DNA of 64,000 nt from a virus. The notes below the pieces were generated by a model. That model did no database searches and was not told the DNA's origin. It saw only the letters and a program-made list of their open reading frames with translations. Shown here in pieces: positions 63,963 through 64,000 of this stretch (position 1 is its first letter; each line of letters begins with the position of its first letter). The stretch lies in the IMG/VR virus record IMGVR_UViG_3300020576_007358; one strand, 5' to 3'. The position numbers and the translations under genes are program-made.

Positions 63963-64000
63963 GCATAGAGTCAGCGATGTTCGGAGTTGGTTCCGTGAGC

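Noticed and set aside
1-64000. Genome-wide stop-codon reassignment (TAG or TGA recoded), suggested by the CUA-anticodon tRNA-like gene.
   Set aside because: Long ORFs are continuous under the standard code throughout. The only suspicious in-frame TAG/TAA pair is at the dnaE 5' end.
1-64000. CRISPR arrays, IS elements or transposases, and integrase/att sites.
   Set aside because: No direct-repeat/spacer periodicity and no transposase or integrase motifs were seen. The only short tandem repeats are coding: 13623..13650 (VFADVFAD) and a Gly run at 16931..16950. The duplicated HindIII sites at positions 3-14 look like a clone or window boundary rather than biology.

Overview
This window reads as a tailed-phage (myovirus-like) genome segment, about 46-50% GC, with nearly all genes on the + strand. 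Three blocks are visible: a tail module, a DNA replication and nucleotide metabolism module, and an accessory region.

Tail module (1.3-17.2 kb): T4 gp19-like tail tube, a 1556-aa tape measure protein, large virion proteins and a LysM 'tail X'-like protein.

Replication and nucleotide metabolism module (17-35 kb and 50-56 kb): a PolA-type polymerase domain, HD hydrolase, gp32-like SSB, UvsX/RecA, dUTPase, RNase H/FEN, DnaB/gp41-like helicase, ribonucleotide reductase, ThyX, thymidylate kinase and DnaE (Pol III alpha).

Accessory region (35-64 kb): nucleotidyltransferase, tRNA-like elements, polynucleotide kinase-phosphatase, RNA ligase-like protein, metallophosphoesterase, DNA methyltransferase, HNH nuclease, Dps-like protein, two sugar epimerases/dehydratases, a glycosyltransferase, a P-loop kinase and a SAM methyltransferase.

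The window is heavily loaded with homing-endonuclease (HE) genes, at least 12 across four families: Vsr/PD-(D/E)xK-like with zinc fingers, GIY-YIG with NUMOD repeats, HNH with NUMOD, and plain HNH.

Three observations stand out:
- Three essential genes (dUTPase, replicative helicase, dnaE) are 'fractured'. Each is split into an N-piece ending in an intein-N half and a C-piece beginning with an intein-C half, with a free-standing Vsr-like HE gene between the pieces.
- Next to a Pnkp/RNA-ligase pair lie two tRNA-like genes whose 3' half (T-arm, 3' acceptor, CCA) sits upstream of the cognate 5' half (acceptor, D-arm). Both show perfect 7/7 acceptor complementarity, i.e. circularly permuted or two-piece tRNA genes. 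One has a CUA (amber-reading) anticodon.
- A conserved amphipathic N-terminal peptide (consensus MKIKLSDLRKIIxEVL) recurs on about six otherwise unrelated proteins and twice inside a C-terminal extension of the RNR.

The dnaE 5' end is duplicated around an HE gene and carries two in-frame stops 12 nt apart (TAG..TAA).
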